Below are positions 9,009 to 17,633 of a stretch of 64,000 nt of DNA, in pieces. Position 1 is the stretch's first letter. Every line of letters begins with the position of its first letter. Made by a program: the position numbers and the translations under genes. The notes below the pieces were generated by a model, which worked only from the letters and a program-made list of their open reading frames with translations, searched no databases and was not told where the DNA came from. The stretch comes from Candidatus Staskawiczbacteria bacterium (GTDB taxonomy: Bacteria > Patescibacteriota > Minisyncoccia > Minisyncoccales > Staskawiczbacteraceae), in the NCBI GenBank assembly GCA_041661545.1, contig JBAZUH010000001.1, forward strand, positions 544,148 through 608,147. The letters run 5' to 3'.

Positions 9009-9084
9009 GCCCCCGTAGCTCAATTGGTAGAGCAGTTCCCTCTTAAGGAATTGGTTCCGAGTTCGAGTCTCGGCAGGGGCACCA
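9009..9084 (+). tRNA. tRNA-Lys (anticodon CTT), CCA encoded
   Basis: GCCCCCGTAGCTCAATTGGTAGAGCAGTTCCCTCTTAAGGAATTGGTTCCGAGTTCGAGTCTCGGCAGGGGCACCA with anticodon loop CTCTTAA. One acceptor-stem mismatch. Confidence 0.88.
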
Positions 9085-9091
9085 TTAACTC

Positions 9092-9120
9092 TTTACAAAA
9101 CCATAAAAATAGAGTATACT
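9092..9120 (+). promoter_or_regulatory. Putative promoter of rpsO
   Basis: TTTACA, 17 nt, TATACT. Confidence 0.5.
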
Positions 9121-9142
9121 AAATTATAAAAATAAACTAATT

Positions 9143-9161
9143 GAAGTGCCGGAAGCACTTC
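9143..9161 (+). promoter_or_regulatory. Leader hairpin in the rpsO 5' UTR
   Basis: GAAGTGC-CGGAA-GCACTTC, a 7-bp GC-containing stem in an otherwise AT-rich leader, 17 nt before the ATG. Confidence 0.4.
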
Positions 9162-9177
9162 CTATTTATAAAAGAAA

Positions 9178-9447
9178 ATGGCATTAAATACAAAGGAAAA
9201 GTCAAAAATTATAAAAGACGTATCAATTGATGAAAAAGATACAGGTTCTGCAGATGTACAAATTGCATTGCTATCAAAACAAATAGATAAGCTAGTTTTG
9301 CATTTAAAAAAACATGCTCAAGATGTTCACTCTAAAAAAGGCCTAATAACAATGGTCATTAAAAGAAAGAAAATGTTAGCTTTTCTTAAAAAAACATCTG
9401 AAAAAAGATATACTGCTATCATCAAAAAAATAGGACTAAAAAAATAG
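9178..9447 (+). CDS. rpsO: 30S ribosomal protein S15
   Basis: 89 aa with GSADVQIALLSKQIDKLVLHLKKH..D.HSKKGL. Confidence 0.92.
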   Translation: MALNTKEKSKIIKDVSIDEKDTGSADVQIALLSKQIDKLVLHLKKHAQDVHSKKGLITMVIKRKKMLAFLKKTSEKRYTAIIKKIGLKK

Positions 9448-9984
9448 ATGCAACCAAAACCAAAAGAGCAGAGAGTAGAGGTGCTAATAGATGTACAAAA
9501 CTTGTACTATTCAGCAAAAAATCTCTATCACTCAAAAGTTAATTTTCAGGAAGTTTTAAAACAAGCAGTGGCAGGCAGAAAGTTTATTAGAGCTTTTGGG
9601 TACGTTGTGCGCACAAAAACTGGCGAAGAAGCGCCATTTTTTGATGCATTAAGTAAAATTGGAATTGAAACAAGAGTTAAAGATTTACAAGAATTTTATG
9701 GTGGAGCCAAAAAAGCCGACTGGGATGTAGGCATTGTAATTGATGCAATTAGAACAGCTCCGGGCGTTGATGTAATTGTGCTAGTTTCTGGCGATGGTGA
9801 TTTTATTGCATTGGTAGAATATTTAAAAAATATGGGCAAGAGAGTAGAGGTGGTTGCCTTTGGCCGTTCAACCTCTGGAAAATTAAAAGAAACAGCAGAT
9901 GAATTTATAGATTTAGATGAAGGATTAAGCAAATTCTTATTATCTAGCGATAACAGAACAAAAGAAAAAATTATTAAAAAATAA
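9448..9984 (+). CDS. NYN/LabA-like (DUF88) domain protein
   Basis: 178 aa with VLIDVQNLYYSAK, DWDVGIVIDAI and VLVSGDGDFIALVEYLK. Starts at the nucleotide after the rpsO stop. Confidence 0.8.
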   Translation: MQPKPKEQRVEVLIDVQNLYYSAKNLYHSKVNFQEVLKQAVAGRKFIRAFGYVVRTKTGEEAPFFDALSKIGIETRVKDLQEFYGGAKKADWDVGIVIDAIRTAPGVDVIVLVSGDGDFIALVEYLKNMGKRVEVVAFGRSTSGKLKETADEFIDLDEGLSKFLLSSDNRTKEKIIKK

Positions 9985-10081
9985 ATAATCGCAGTAGAGA
10001 GAAGAGGTGTGCGGCTATATGAAAGCGTTGAAAATCAACTTTTTCACATATTCGTACAATCATCTCTCGTTGCAAAAATAA

Positions 10082-12241
10082 ATGGCTACGAAAGATACGT
10101 TTGAGATAAAGGTTGGCGAAAAGCCAGTCATAATTGAAACTACAAATTGGACCGAGCAAGCATCGGGCTCTTGTTTAGTTTCTTGCGGAGAAACAAAAGT
10201 TTTAGTAACAGCAGTTCTATCCCCTTTCACAAGAGAGGGCATAGATTATTTTCCACTAACAGTTGAATATGAAGAAAGATTTTATGCTGCAGGAAAAATA
10301 TTTGGTTCAAGATTTGTAAGAAGAGAAGGCCGAGCAACAGATGAAGCAGTTTTAACCGCCCGCATGATTGACCGAGCAATAAGGCCTTTGTTTCCAAAAG
10401 ATTTTATGAAAGAAGTTCAAGTAATTGTTACTTGTTTATCTTGGGATGGCGAAAATGACCCAGATATTTTAGGAATGATTGGCGCTTCATTTGCATTAGC
10501 TACTTCACAAATTCCGTGGAATGGGCCCTTAGGAGCTATTAGAATTACTAAGAATAATGGCGAGTGGGTTTTTAATTCTAATTACGAACAAAGAAAAGAT
10601 TGCGACATGGATTTAACTTTATCAGCCATAGAAAAAGATGGCGACATATTAGTTAACATGATTGAAATGGGAGCAAAAGAAATTTTAGAAAAAGATGTTT
10701 TAGAAGCCTATGAAGTTGCTAAAAAAGAATTGAAAAAAATTATTGATGCACAAATTTTAGCTGTCAAAAAAATTGGCAAAGAAAAAAATGTTTTTGAGCC
10801 AGCAGTTGAATTAGATATTGCTAATGAAATAAAAGAATGGCTGGGAGACAAATTAGAAAAAGCAATAACTAATGCTCCAAAAGGAGAAAAAAATCTTGGT
10901 GCTACTGAAATTTTAAAACAAGAATTAGTAAAATATTTATCAGAAAAATATCCTGAGGGAAGCCTGCCTGCCGGTAGGCAGGGAAAAGCCAGCCAAGTTT
11001 TGTCTTTTTTTGAAAAAGAAATTGAACGAATAATAATTAAAAATATCATTGATAAAAATTACAGACCAGATGGTAGAAAAGATGTTGATATAAGACCATT
11101 ATCTTGCGAAGTAGCAGTTTTACCAAGAGCTCATGGAAGCGCAGTATTTTTTAGAGGATTAACAAGAGTGCTTTCAATTTTAACTTTAGGAGGGCCCGGT
11201 GACTCACAAATTTTAGAAGGAATGGAAATTATTGGTAAAAAAAGATTTATGCATCACTACAATTTTCCTCCATTTTCATCTGGAGAAACAGCTCCAATGA
11301 GAGGGCCAAAAAGAAGAGAAATTGGGCACGGTGCATTAGTTGAAAAAGCTTTATTGCCTGTTTTACCAGAAATAGAAAAATTTCCTTATACAATAAGAAT
11401 TGTTTCTGAGGTGGTTTCTTCAAATGGGTCTACTTCTCAGGCTTCAACTTGTGCAGCTTGCATTGCTTTAATGGACGCAGGAGTACCAATAAAAGAACCT
11501 GTGGCAGGAATTTCTGTTGGATTGGCCAAAGATGAACAAACAGGAAAATATAAAGTGTTAACCGATATTCAGGGCCCAGAAGATCATTATGGAGATATGG
11601 ACTTTAAAGTTGCAGGAACTCGCAACGGAATTACTGCAATTCAAATGGATATTAAAATAGACGGCATTGATAAAAAAATCATGGAAGAAGCTTTAAACAG
11701 AGCAAAAGATGCAAGATTTAAAATACTCGATATAATAAAAAAAGAAATATCCGAACCAAGAAAATCTTTATCGCCTTATGCTCCTAAAATTGCTACCCTA
11801 ACAATAAATCCTTCAAAAATTGGGGAAGTTGTTGGACCAAAGGGCTCGGTTATAAATAAAATAATTGAAGCCTGCGGAGGAGTAGCAATTGACATAGAAG
11901 ATTCTGGATTTGTTTCTGTAACAGGACAAAACCAAGAAGATGTTGATAAAGCTGTTGCCTGGATTAAAGGAATTGTTAGAGAAGTTCAAGTTGGAGAAAC
12001 CTTTCAAGGAAAGGTTGTAAAAATTATGGACTTTGGTGCTTTTGTAGAATTGTTTCCTGGCACCGATGGCATGGTTCATATTTCAAAATTTGTAAAAGAA
12101 AGAATAAATAGCGTTACAGAGGTGGTGCATGAGGGGCAAATAATTCCAGTAAAAGTAATGTCTGTTGATGAGCTAGGCAGAATAAATTTGTCAGCAATTG
12201 ACGCAGGGTTTCATCCAACTCCCAAGAACGAAAAGCACTAA
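10082..12241 (+). CDS. pnp: Polynucleotide phosphorylase
   Basis: 719 aa with two RNase PH domains, KH (GPKGSVINKI) and S1 (GKVVKIMDFGAFVEL). Confidence 0.95.
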   Translation: MATKDTFEIKVGEKPVIIETTNWTEQASGSCLVSCGETKVLVTAVLSPFTREGIDYFPLTVEYEERFYAAGKIFGSRFVRREGRATDEAVLTARMIDRAIRPLFPKDFMKEVQVIVTCLSWDGENDPDILGMIGASFALATSQIPWNGPLGAIRITKNNGEWVFNSNYEQRKDCDMDLTLSAIEKDGDILVNMIEMGAKEILEKDVLEAYEVAKKELKKIIDAQILAVKKIGKEKNVFEPAVELDIANEIKEWLGDKLEKAITNAPKGEKNLGATEILKQELVKYLSEKYPEGSLPAGRQGKASQVLSFFEKEIERIIIKNIIDKNYRPDGRKDVDIRPLSCEVAVLPRAHGSAVFFRGLTRVLSILTLGGPGDSQILEGMEIIGKKRFMHHYNFPPFSSGETAPMRGPKRREIGHGALVEKALLPVLPEIEKFPYTIRIVSEVVSSNGSTSQASTCAACIALMDAGVPIKEPVAGISVGLAKDEQTGKYKVLTDIQGPEDHYGDMDFKVAGTRNGITAIQMDIKIDGIDKKIMEEALNRAKDARFKILDIIKKEISEPRKSLSPYAPKIATLTINPSKIGEVVGPKGSVINKIIEACGGVAIDIEDSGFVSVTGQNQEDVDKAVAWIKGIVREVQVGETFQGKVVKIMDFGAFVELFPGTDGMVHISKFVKERINSVTEVVHEGQIIPVKVMSVDELGRINLSAIDAGFHPTPKNEKH
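10963..10983. repeat. GC-rich hairpin insert in pnp, in frame
   Basis: CCTGCCT-GCCGGT-AGGCAGG, a 7-bp stem encoding ..SLPAGRQGK.. in the variable linker region. Confidence 0.6.
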
Positions 12242-12256
12242 AAAAAATACATAAAA

Positions 12257-12286
12257 AATTCCCTAACTAGTTAGGGAATTTTTTTA
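12257..12286 (+). terminator. Rho-independent terminator of pnp
   Basis: AATTCCCTAAC-TA-GTTAGGGAATT followed by a T-run. Confidence 0.75.
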
Positions 12287-12360
12287 TTATGCGTACCCCG
12301 CTCCCCTCTCCACTTTTAAATTTAATAAATAAGGTTTAAAATAAAGTATAGAAAAAAATT

Positions 12361-13383
12361 ATGGTTACTAAAGACGAAGAAATACAAGCTAAAGAATTTT
12401 TAAAAAGGGCTGAAATTAGAACAATGAAAAAAGACTTAATGGCCCTTCGCGAAACTGATGCTCTAAAAGAAAGAGATAAAATTGTTAAGTTAAAAACGCT
12501 TGAAGAACAATTAACCGAAAAACAAAAAGCTAATGAACTAGCACAAGCAAAAACAGTTGCAGAAAAAATTGGAAGAGAAGAGGTGCTTACAAAAAATGAG
12601 GGCGAAGAAAGAATTGCAGAAAAAGATTTAAAAAATTATGCTGCCGAAGAAGAGCGCCAACAAATATTTTTGCTTGAATCACAACGGCTTGGTTTTGAAA
12701 AACAAGTTGACCAAATAGACCAACAAAAAGATCCTGCATTAAAATTAGAAAAAAATAAATTATTACTACAAAAACGCGAACAAGAAGCTAAATTAAATTC
12801 TGTTTTAGCAGAAGAAAAAAAGCTAGAAGATGAACAAAAGTTTATTGTAGATAAAGAAAAAACAACAACCGTTGATGCAGAAAGAAAGGGCTTAGAACAA
12901 TCAAGGTGGGATTTAGAAGAAAAAATAAAAGATGTAGAAAAAAGAAGGTGGGCAGCAGAAACAGACATAAAAAATACCAACAGCAAGGTAGCAGAAATAG
13001 ATAAATCTTCAGACCAACTTGTTATTGAAAAAAATGGTTTACGTGATAAAATATTAGGAACTGATAAATCATTAAGAGACATTTATTCTGCTGTAATGGC
13101 AAGAGAAGAAGAGCAAAGAAGAGGCTTAGCTGCAGAACAAATAGCAAAAAGAGAGGCTTTAGCTAAAATAAGATCTGTTGAAAAAGAACAAGTTCAACGA
13201 CAACAATGGGGTCACTCAACAGTTACTTCTGGTGGGAGAGCTGGAATACCAATACCTGTACCTCAAAGAAAAAAAGTGATAAAATCATTTGAAGCTGAAG
13301 AAGAAGCAAGAAAACAATTTTTAAAAGATGTTGAGCAAGGAGCTCAATCAGGAAGTCCGCAACAAAAAAGTAATATTAATTAA
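12361..13383 (+). CDS. Lys/Glu-rich coiled-coil protein, unknown function
   Basis: 340 aa, strongly charged heptad-like composition, no recognised motif. Confidence 0.5.
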   Translation: MVTKDEEIQAKEFLKRAEIRTMKKDLMALRETDALKERDKIVKLKTLEEQLTEKQKANELAQAKTVAEKIGREEVLTKNEGEERIAEKDLKNYAAEEERQQIFLLESQRLGFEKQVDQIDQQKDPALKLEKNKLLLQKREQEAKLNSVLAEEKKLEDEQKFIVDKEKTTTVDAERKGLEQSRWDLEEKIKDVEKRRWAAETDIKNTNSKVAEIDKSSDQLVIEKNGLRDKILGTDKSLRDIYSAVMAREEEQRRGLAAEQIAKREALAKIRSVEKEQVQRQQWGHSTVTSGGRAGIPIPVPQRKKVIKSFEAEEEARKQFLKDVEQGAQSGSPQQKSNIN

Positions 13384-13392
13384 ACCAAAAAA

Positions 13393-13749
13393 ATGAATAA
13401 AGAGTTAATTGATAAATTAAAAAAAACCCTAGAAGATCAAAAAGAATCTCTGCAAAAAGAATTAGAAAGTTTTGCTAAAAAAGATCCTAATGTAAAAGAT
13501 AATTGGGATGCAAAATACCCAAACAGAGAAGACACCGACAAAGATGAAGACGCCGATGGTGTTGGAGAATATGAAAACAAAGTTGCACTAGAACGCAACT
13601 TAGAATCAAAATTAAAAGACGTAAATAGCGCCTTAGAAAAAATAGAAAATAACACTTATGGAATATGTGAAGGTTGTGGCAAAAAAATTGACGAAGAAAG
13701 ACTACTCGCCTGCCCTGATGCAAAAACATGCTTGAAGTGCGGAGAATAA
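13393..13749 (+). CDS. DksA/TraR-family C4 zinc-finger protein
   Basis: 118 aa with C-terminal CEGCGKKI..(17)..CLKC. Confidence 0.8.
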   Translation: MNKELIDKLKKTLEDQKESLQKELESFAKKDPNVKDNWDAKYPNREDTDKDEDADGVGEYENKVALERNLESKLKDVNSALEKIENNTYGICEGCGKKIDEERLLACPDAKTCLKCGE

Positions 13750-13765
13750 CATCTAGCATGCAAAT

Positions 13766-13793
13766 AAAAATCCGAGATAAATCTCGGATTTTT
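13766..13793. terminator. Bidirectional terminator between convergent genes
   Basis: AAAAATCCGAGA-TAAA-TCTCGGATTTTT. Confidence 0.75.
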
Positions 13794-13810
13794 ATTTGCT
13801 CAATATTTAT

Positions 13811-14566
13811 TTATATGCCTGTATTTTGATTTTCTTGTGACTCAGTAAAGTTTCCATTTTCAAATTCAACCTCCTCACCCACTTGCGAAGACACACCTTT
13901 TTTTGGCACCTGCAATTGTTTTTGAAGATGGTTAATTTGAGATGATAACAATTGTTTTGTGTTTCTTGCATCGGTTATTATTTTTTCAATTAAACCTTGT
14001 AAGAACTTTTCTCTTTCTACTAATTCATTATCTTTGGCCTTATAATCAATAAGCAATGATTCATATTTCTTAATCCAGTCTTTTTTCTCAGCCCGGTCTT
14101 CTTTTAATATTTCTAAAAACTCTCGGTCAACGGTTATTTGATCGGGCGCATAAGCGGTGGGCTCGGCGCTTCTGCGATTTGGCTTAGGTTCTTCTGACCG
14201 CTTAAGCGGTTCTTCTAACTGACTAGATATTTCACTAGACTGTTCCGGTACCACCGCATAAGCGGTAGGCTCGGCGCTTAAGCGGTTTGGTTCAGGTTCA
14301 TCTGACCGCTTAAGCGCTTCTTCAGACCGCTTAAGCGGTACCGCATAAGCGGTTTCTTTTGCTATAGCTTCTAACTCTTTAACCCAAAAATCTTCTTTTA
14401 AAAGAATAACATTCCCCACTCCTTTGTCATACCTTTCAGTTAAAACTCCCTCTAATTTTTGTGGGTCTACCAATCTATACTTTCTAATTCTTCTTCTAAT
14501 CCTAACATCTGGAACTTCATATTTTTGAATAAATTCTTGTATTGTTAAAAATTCGTTATTATCCAT
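13811..14566 (-). CDS. HTH-like (excisionase/MerR-type N-terminus) protein with an internal tandem repeat and a C-terminal coiled coil
   Basis: 251 aa. N-terminus FLTIQEFIQKYEVPDVRIRRRIRKY. Two repeats of about 36 aa (..LKRS[DE]EP[EK]PNR.SAEPTAYA..). The CDS contains 4 perfect and 3 degenerate copies of the palindrome found upstream. Confidence 0.5.
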   Translation of the reverse strand: MDNNEFLTIQEFIQKYEVPDVRIRRRIRKYRLVDPQKLEGVLTERYDKGVGNVILLKEDFWVKELEAIAKETAYAVPLKRSEEALKRSDEPEPNRLSAEPTAYAVVPEQSSEISSQLEEPLKRSEEPKPNRRSAEPTAYAPDQITVDREFLEILKEDRAEKKDWIKKYESLLIDYKAKDNELVEREKFLQGLIEKIITDARNTKQLLSSQINHLQKQLQVPKKGVSSQVGEEVEFENGNFTESQENQNTGI

Positions 14567-14588
14567 TTTTTTTGTTTTATTTTTATAC

Positions 14589-14724
14589 CGCTTAAGCGGT
14601 AGGGGTGACCGCTTAAGCGCTTTTAGGCACCGCTTAAGCGATACCGCTTAAGCGCTTTTAGGTACCGCTTAAGCGATACCGCTTAAGCGCTTTTAGGTAC
14701 CGCTTAAGCGATACCGCTTAAGCG
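14589..14724. repeat. Array of 8 perfect CGCTTAAGCG palindromes (alternating 21/14-bp spacing)
   Basis: Copies start at 14589, 14610, 14631, 14645, 14666, 14680, 14701 and 14715. The higher-order unit is ACCGCTTAAGCGATACCGCTTAAGCGCTTTTAGGT (35 bp). The array lies directly upstream of the 13811-14566 gene. Confidence 0.95.
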
Positions 14725-14774
14725 ATTATTGATTAATTCTATCAACCAGATAAAGTGATGTCAACCTTAACAAT

Positions 14775-14804
14775 AAAAAAGCCCCGCCAAGGCGGGGCTT
14801 TTTT
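14775..14804 (-). terminator. Terminator of the LysM-M23 peptidase gene
   Basis: AAAAAAGCCCCGCC-AA-GGCGGGGCTTTTTT. Confidence 0.8.
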
Positions 14805-14808
14805 ATTT

Positions 14809-15957
14809 CTATTTATAATTAATTGTTGACCCTCTACTATATCCTGCCAAAGGATTTCTTACCCCCACAACTTGAAAGTGAACGTGACATCCCGTTGATC
14901 TACCAGCACCGGCCATACCCGGCTTGCCACCCATCAAACCAATATTTTGTCCTGTATAAACTTTTTCACCTGGCGAAACTAACACAGTCATTAAGTGTCC
15001 GTAATAGGTAACTGCTCCATTGCTATGTAAAATTGTAACATGGTTTCCCATACCAGAATTATATTTACCATTACCCACAGCTCTTTGAACAACTCCAGCG
15101 GCTGCAGCATAAATTGGAGTTCCACATTTATTGGCAACATCAACAGCATTAAAGTAGTGAAGTCCTTGAGTAATTCGTCCCTGTGTTGGAAAAATAAAGA
15201 AATTATTTGCTACAGGAATTCTAGTATTATTATTCTTTATTGGAGCTGCTTTCTTAGGCATTACTCCTTCTGGCACCACTAAAATATCTCCTATATAAAC
15301 ATCGTTTTGATTAGCCAAGTCATTATAGGCAATTATGTTTTCTGATTTAGATTTATATTGCGAAGCAATAGCTGAAATAGTATCTCCAGATTTTACAACG
15401 TGCAACACTCCATCTGTTGGCAAAATTACTAAACTATCTCCAACTTTAATTTTTGAAGAAGATGTTAAATCGTTTGCCCAGAGTAGGGTATCAAGAGATA
15501 TTTTATGGGCTTGGGCAATAGATTTAAATGTATCACCTGTTTGAACTTCGTAATCAATTATGTCTTTACTCTCTTGATAATTACCTCCAAAAACATCTCC
15601 TAAAACTTTGCCCGAAACAATGCACGGCGTTGATACAGCACAAACTGTATTGTCTTGTATTATTTTTAAATCAGGAGTTTCTAGGGCAATCATATCTGAT
15701 TGGCTAGAGAATAAACTATCTACAATTGCACCATTTGGGTTGTCAAAAGAATTTAAAAATATGCTACGGCTGTGGCCTAAATTGTCTGAAGCTTCGCAAG
15801 ACATATAAATACCAATAAATATAAAAATAGCTATTAAACCGAAAAAAAACAAAGGATTCTTTGATGATCCTCTAAAACCAGCCCCTTTCTTTGAGTTCTT
15901 TGTGGAGGGCCAAACCTTCTTTATCCCTATTAATAATTTGTTAATTATTTTTAACAA
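14809..15957 (-). CDS. LysM-domain M23 family metallopeptidase
   Basis: 382 aa. N-terminal TM, two LysM repeats (YEVQTGDTFKSIAQ.., HVVKSGDTISAIAS..) and M23 motifs HLMT, GCHVHFQV. Confidence 0.9.
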   Translation of the reverse strand: MLKIINKLLIGIKKVWPSTKNSKKGAGFRGSSKNPLFFFGLIAIFIFIGIYMSCEASDNLGHSRSIFLNSFDNPNGAIVDSLFSSQSDMIALETPDLKIIQDNTVCAVSTPCIVSGKVLGDVFGGNYQESKDIIDYEVQTGDTFKSIAQAHKISLDTLLWANDLTSSSKIKVGDSLVILPTDGVLHVVKSGDTISAIASQYKSKSENIIAYNDLANQNDVYIGDILVVPEGVMPKKAAPIKNNNTRIPVANNFFIFPTQGRITQGLHYFNAVDVANKCGTPIYAAAAGVVQRAVGNGKYNSGMGNHVTILHSNGAVTYYGHLMTVLVSPGEKVYTGQNIGLMGGKPGMAGAGRSTGCHVHFQVVGVRNPLAGYSRGSTINYK

Positions 15958-16093
15958 CTTGTTTCTAGCTTAGCATTTTCAAACAAGCTAGTCAAATAGT
16001 TATGCACAATTATTTGTCTGCTATTTTAAGAAAAAATATGTAAAAAAAGAGCGCCATATTTGTGAGATAGACGCATAACAGCAAGAAAGGATT

Positions 16094-17518
16094 TCACGGA
16101 ATGTCCGTAGATTTGGCTATCGCTTGGGCGGGGTTTTGAGCCTTCCATGCGCCCGAATCAGTAGAGCTGTAGACATATCCGCCCATGACCGTCGCAGTCA
16201 TACTGCGAAAGTCTACGGATGCGGACACGTCAGACCAATTCTGCTTGTCGGCAACCGGCTCCCAATCCACCCCGAAATTGCCAGAGGTGTAAAGCGAGCC
16301 TCCAGACTCTGCAGCCAAGAATCGACGACCATCGCCCGAACACTTAATGGCCACCCATTTCCGAACATTGTCGGTTAACCGTGGTTGCCACGTCTGCATA
16401 AAGTCAGTGGAGATGTAGATATATCCACCATTTACAGTGGCGCCCCAAAACTGGGCGTTATAATTGGTTGTTAGGTCCGTCCAATCGCGGGACTCGCCAA
16501 CGGGCTTCCATGTCTGGCCCCCGTTGTAGGACGCATAAAGCCAACTATTGGAGGCTGCTACCCCCCGAAATTGACCACCAAAATCCATCTCGCCAGCCAC
16601 CCAATTCGGGCCAGCAAACCCGGTCGTCTCCCAGCTATCCCCCCAATCATACGTCTGCCAGATGTATCCACCTGGATCAACGGCCATCAGAAGTTGGCCA
16701 TCATCAGAAGTTGCTACGGACCTCCACCGGATTTTCAGGTCGCCCTCATAGGGCAAGTCGTATGCTTTCCAGGTCTGACCATAGTCAGCGGACCCATATA
16801 ACTCTCCATCAAGGGTCCCTATAATCTGGTTTTGGCCATAATAGGACACGGCGACGCAGGAAGGTTTATCTATATCTACGGTCCGCCAAGTGCTCCCGCC
16901 ATCGGCGGAGACATAAACTGGCGCGTTGCCAGCGATAAGCGTCCTATATTTTCCGTCACCAGACATGGAAGCACCGTTCCATGCAAGACTGGGACTGCCC
17001 ACGGCAGGTGAGGGGGGATTGGGTGTGTTACCACCATCGCCACCACCACCATTGCCACCGCCAGGACCTCTGCTCCCATCTCCTCCACCAATGGGGCCGA
17101 AAGAATAAAATGGAACAGATTCCTTGGTCTTATGCCTGATTATGGGGCTCCAATTAGCATAAGCCGTTGGTGTCGTCGCAGGATTAGATGTTGTTGTGCG
17201 CGAACCAAAGTTGGTTCGTGCAATGCTCGCCTGCGGGGCAACAACCTCTGCTCGAGGAATATTCGTGCCAGCTCTCTTTAAACTGACTTGGCCTTCGTTG
17301 TGTCCACTGGATTTCAAATTCCAGGGCTTGTATTTGTTCGCGGTCAAGCCTTGACCCGACCTAAACAATTTCAACGACGGCCTTTCGGGCTCGCTGAGCC
17401 ACACTACAAAAAAGATCGGCACTAGCAGTGCCAGTAGAGTAGCGCCCAGTTTCTTGAGCCCTATCTTCTGCAAAACCGCCGTCGCGGTAGAAATCTTCTC
17501 AAGGCTTTTTGTGTTCAT
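16094..17518 (-). CDS. Membrane-anchored Asp-box (BNR) repeat beta-propeller protein, on a GC-rich island
   Basis: Seven SxDxGxTW-like boxes (SADGGSTW, SADYGQTW, TYDWGDSW, SYNGGQTW, STDFMQTW, TSGNFGVDW, STDSGAW). Gly/Pro linker and TM anchor. ATG at 17518 is preferred over the GTG at 17581 because AAGGAG sits 10 nt upstream. Confidence 0.7.
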   Translation of the reverse strand: MNTKSLEKISTATAVLQKIGLKKLGATLLALLVPIFFVVWLSEPERPSLKLFRSGQGLTANKYKPWNLKSSGHNEGQVSLKRAGTNIPRAEVVAPQASIARTNFGSRTTTSNPATTPTAYANWSPIIRHKTKESVPFYSFGPIGGGDGSRGPGGGNGGGGDGGNTPNPPSPAVGSPSLAWNGASMSGDGKYRTLIAGNAPVYVSADGGSTWRTVDIDKPSCVAVSYYGQNQIIGTLDGELYGSADYGQTWKAYDLPYEGDLKIRWRSVATSDDGQLLMAVDPGGYIWQTYDWGDSWETTGFAGPNWVAGEMDFGGQFRGVAASNSWLYASYNGGQTWKPVGESRDWTDLTTNYNAQFWGATVNGGYIYISTDFMQTWQPRLTDNVRKWVAIKCSGDGRRFLAAESGGSLYTSGNFGVDWEPVADKQNWSDVSASVDFRSMTATVMGGYVYSSTDSGAWKAQNPAQAIAKSTDIP

Positions 17519-17604
17519 GGCTGACTTTCTCCTTTCCAAAAAGTTTTCAATGCTAGAAGTGGTTGACAAAATGTCTTCCACGTTGCTTCTAGCGTGCTAC
17601 TTCA

Positions 17605-17633
17605 ATAATGCTATTTAAAGTGCATCTTGTCAA
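17605..17633 (-). promoter_or_regulatory. Putative promoter of the BNR gene
   Basis: The minus strand reads TTGACA, 17 nt, CATTAT. Confidence 0.45.

Noticed and set aside
14145-14320. The two intragenic repeats of about 105 nt as a DGR template/variable-region pair.
   Set aside because: The differences between the copies are mixed transitions and transversions, not adenine-specific. No reverse transcriptase gene is in the window.
14589-14724. The palindrome array as a CRISPR array.
   Set aside because: The units are 10-14 bp with 4-11-bp fixed linkers. There are no unique spacers of 25-40 bp and no cas genes in the window.
16124-17108. Several plus-strand and minus-strand ORFs inside the GC-rich islands (16124-16378, 16468-16824, 16571-16801, 16876-17091, 16926-17108, 21233-21529, 21322-21567, 21530-21910, 21595-21987, 60067-60862).
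   Set aside because: High G+C removes stop codons in all frames, so long shadow ORFs are expected. Only the BNR, SPFH-like and membrane-protein frames show repeats, TM helices or coherent features.
15958-17600. Possible direct repeats flanking island 1 (CTTGTTTCTAGCTTAGCA at 15958 versus GTTGCTTCTAGCGTGCTA at 17582) as att-like sites.
   Set aside because: Only about 14/18 positions are identical in AT-rich sequence. Matches of this quality are expected by chance in 64 kb.
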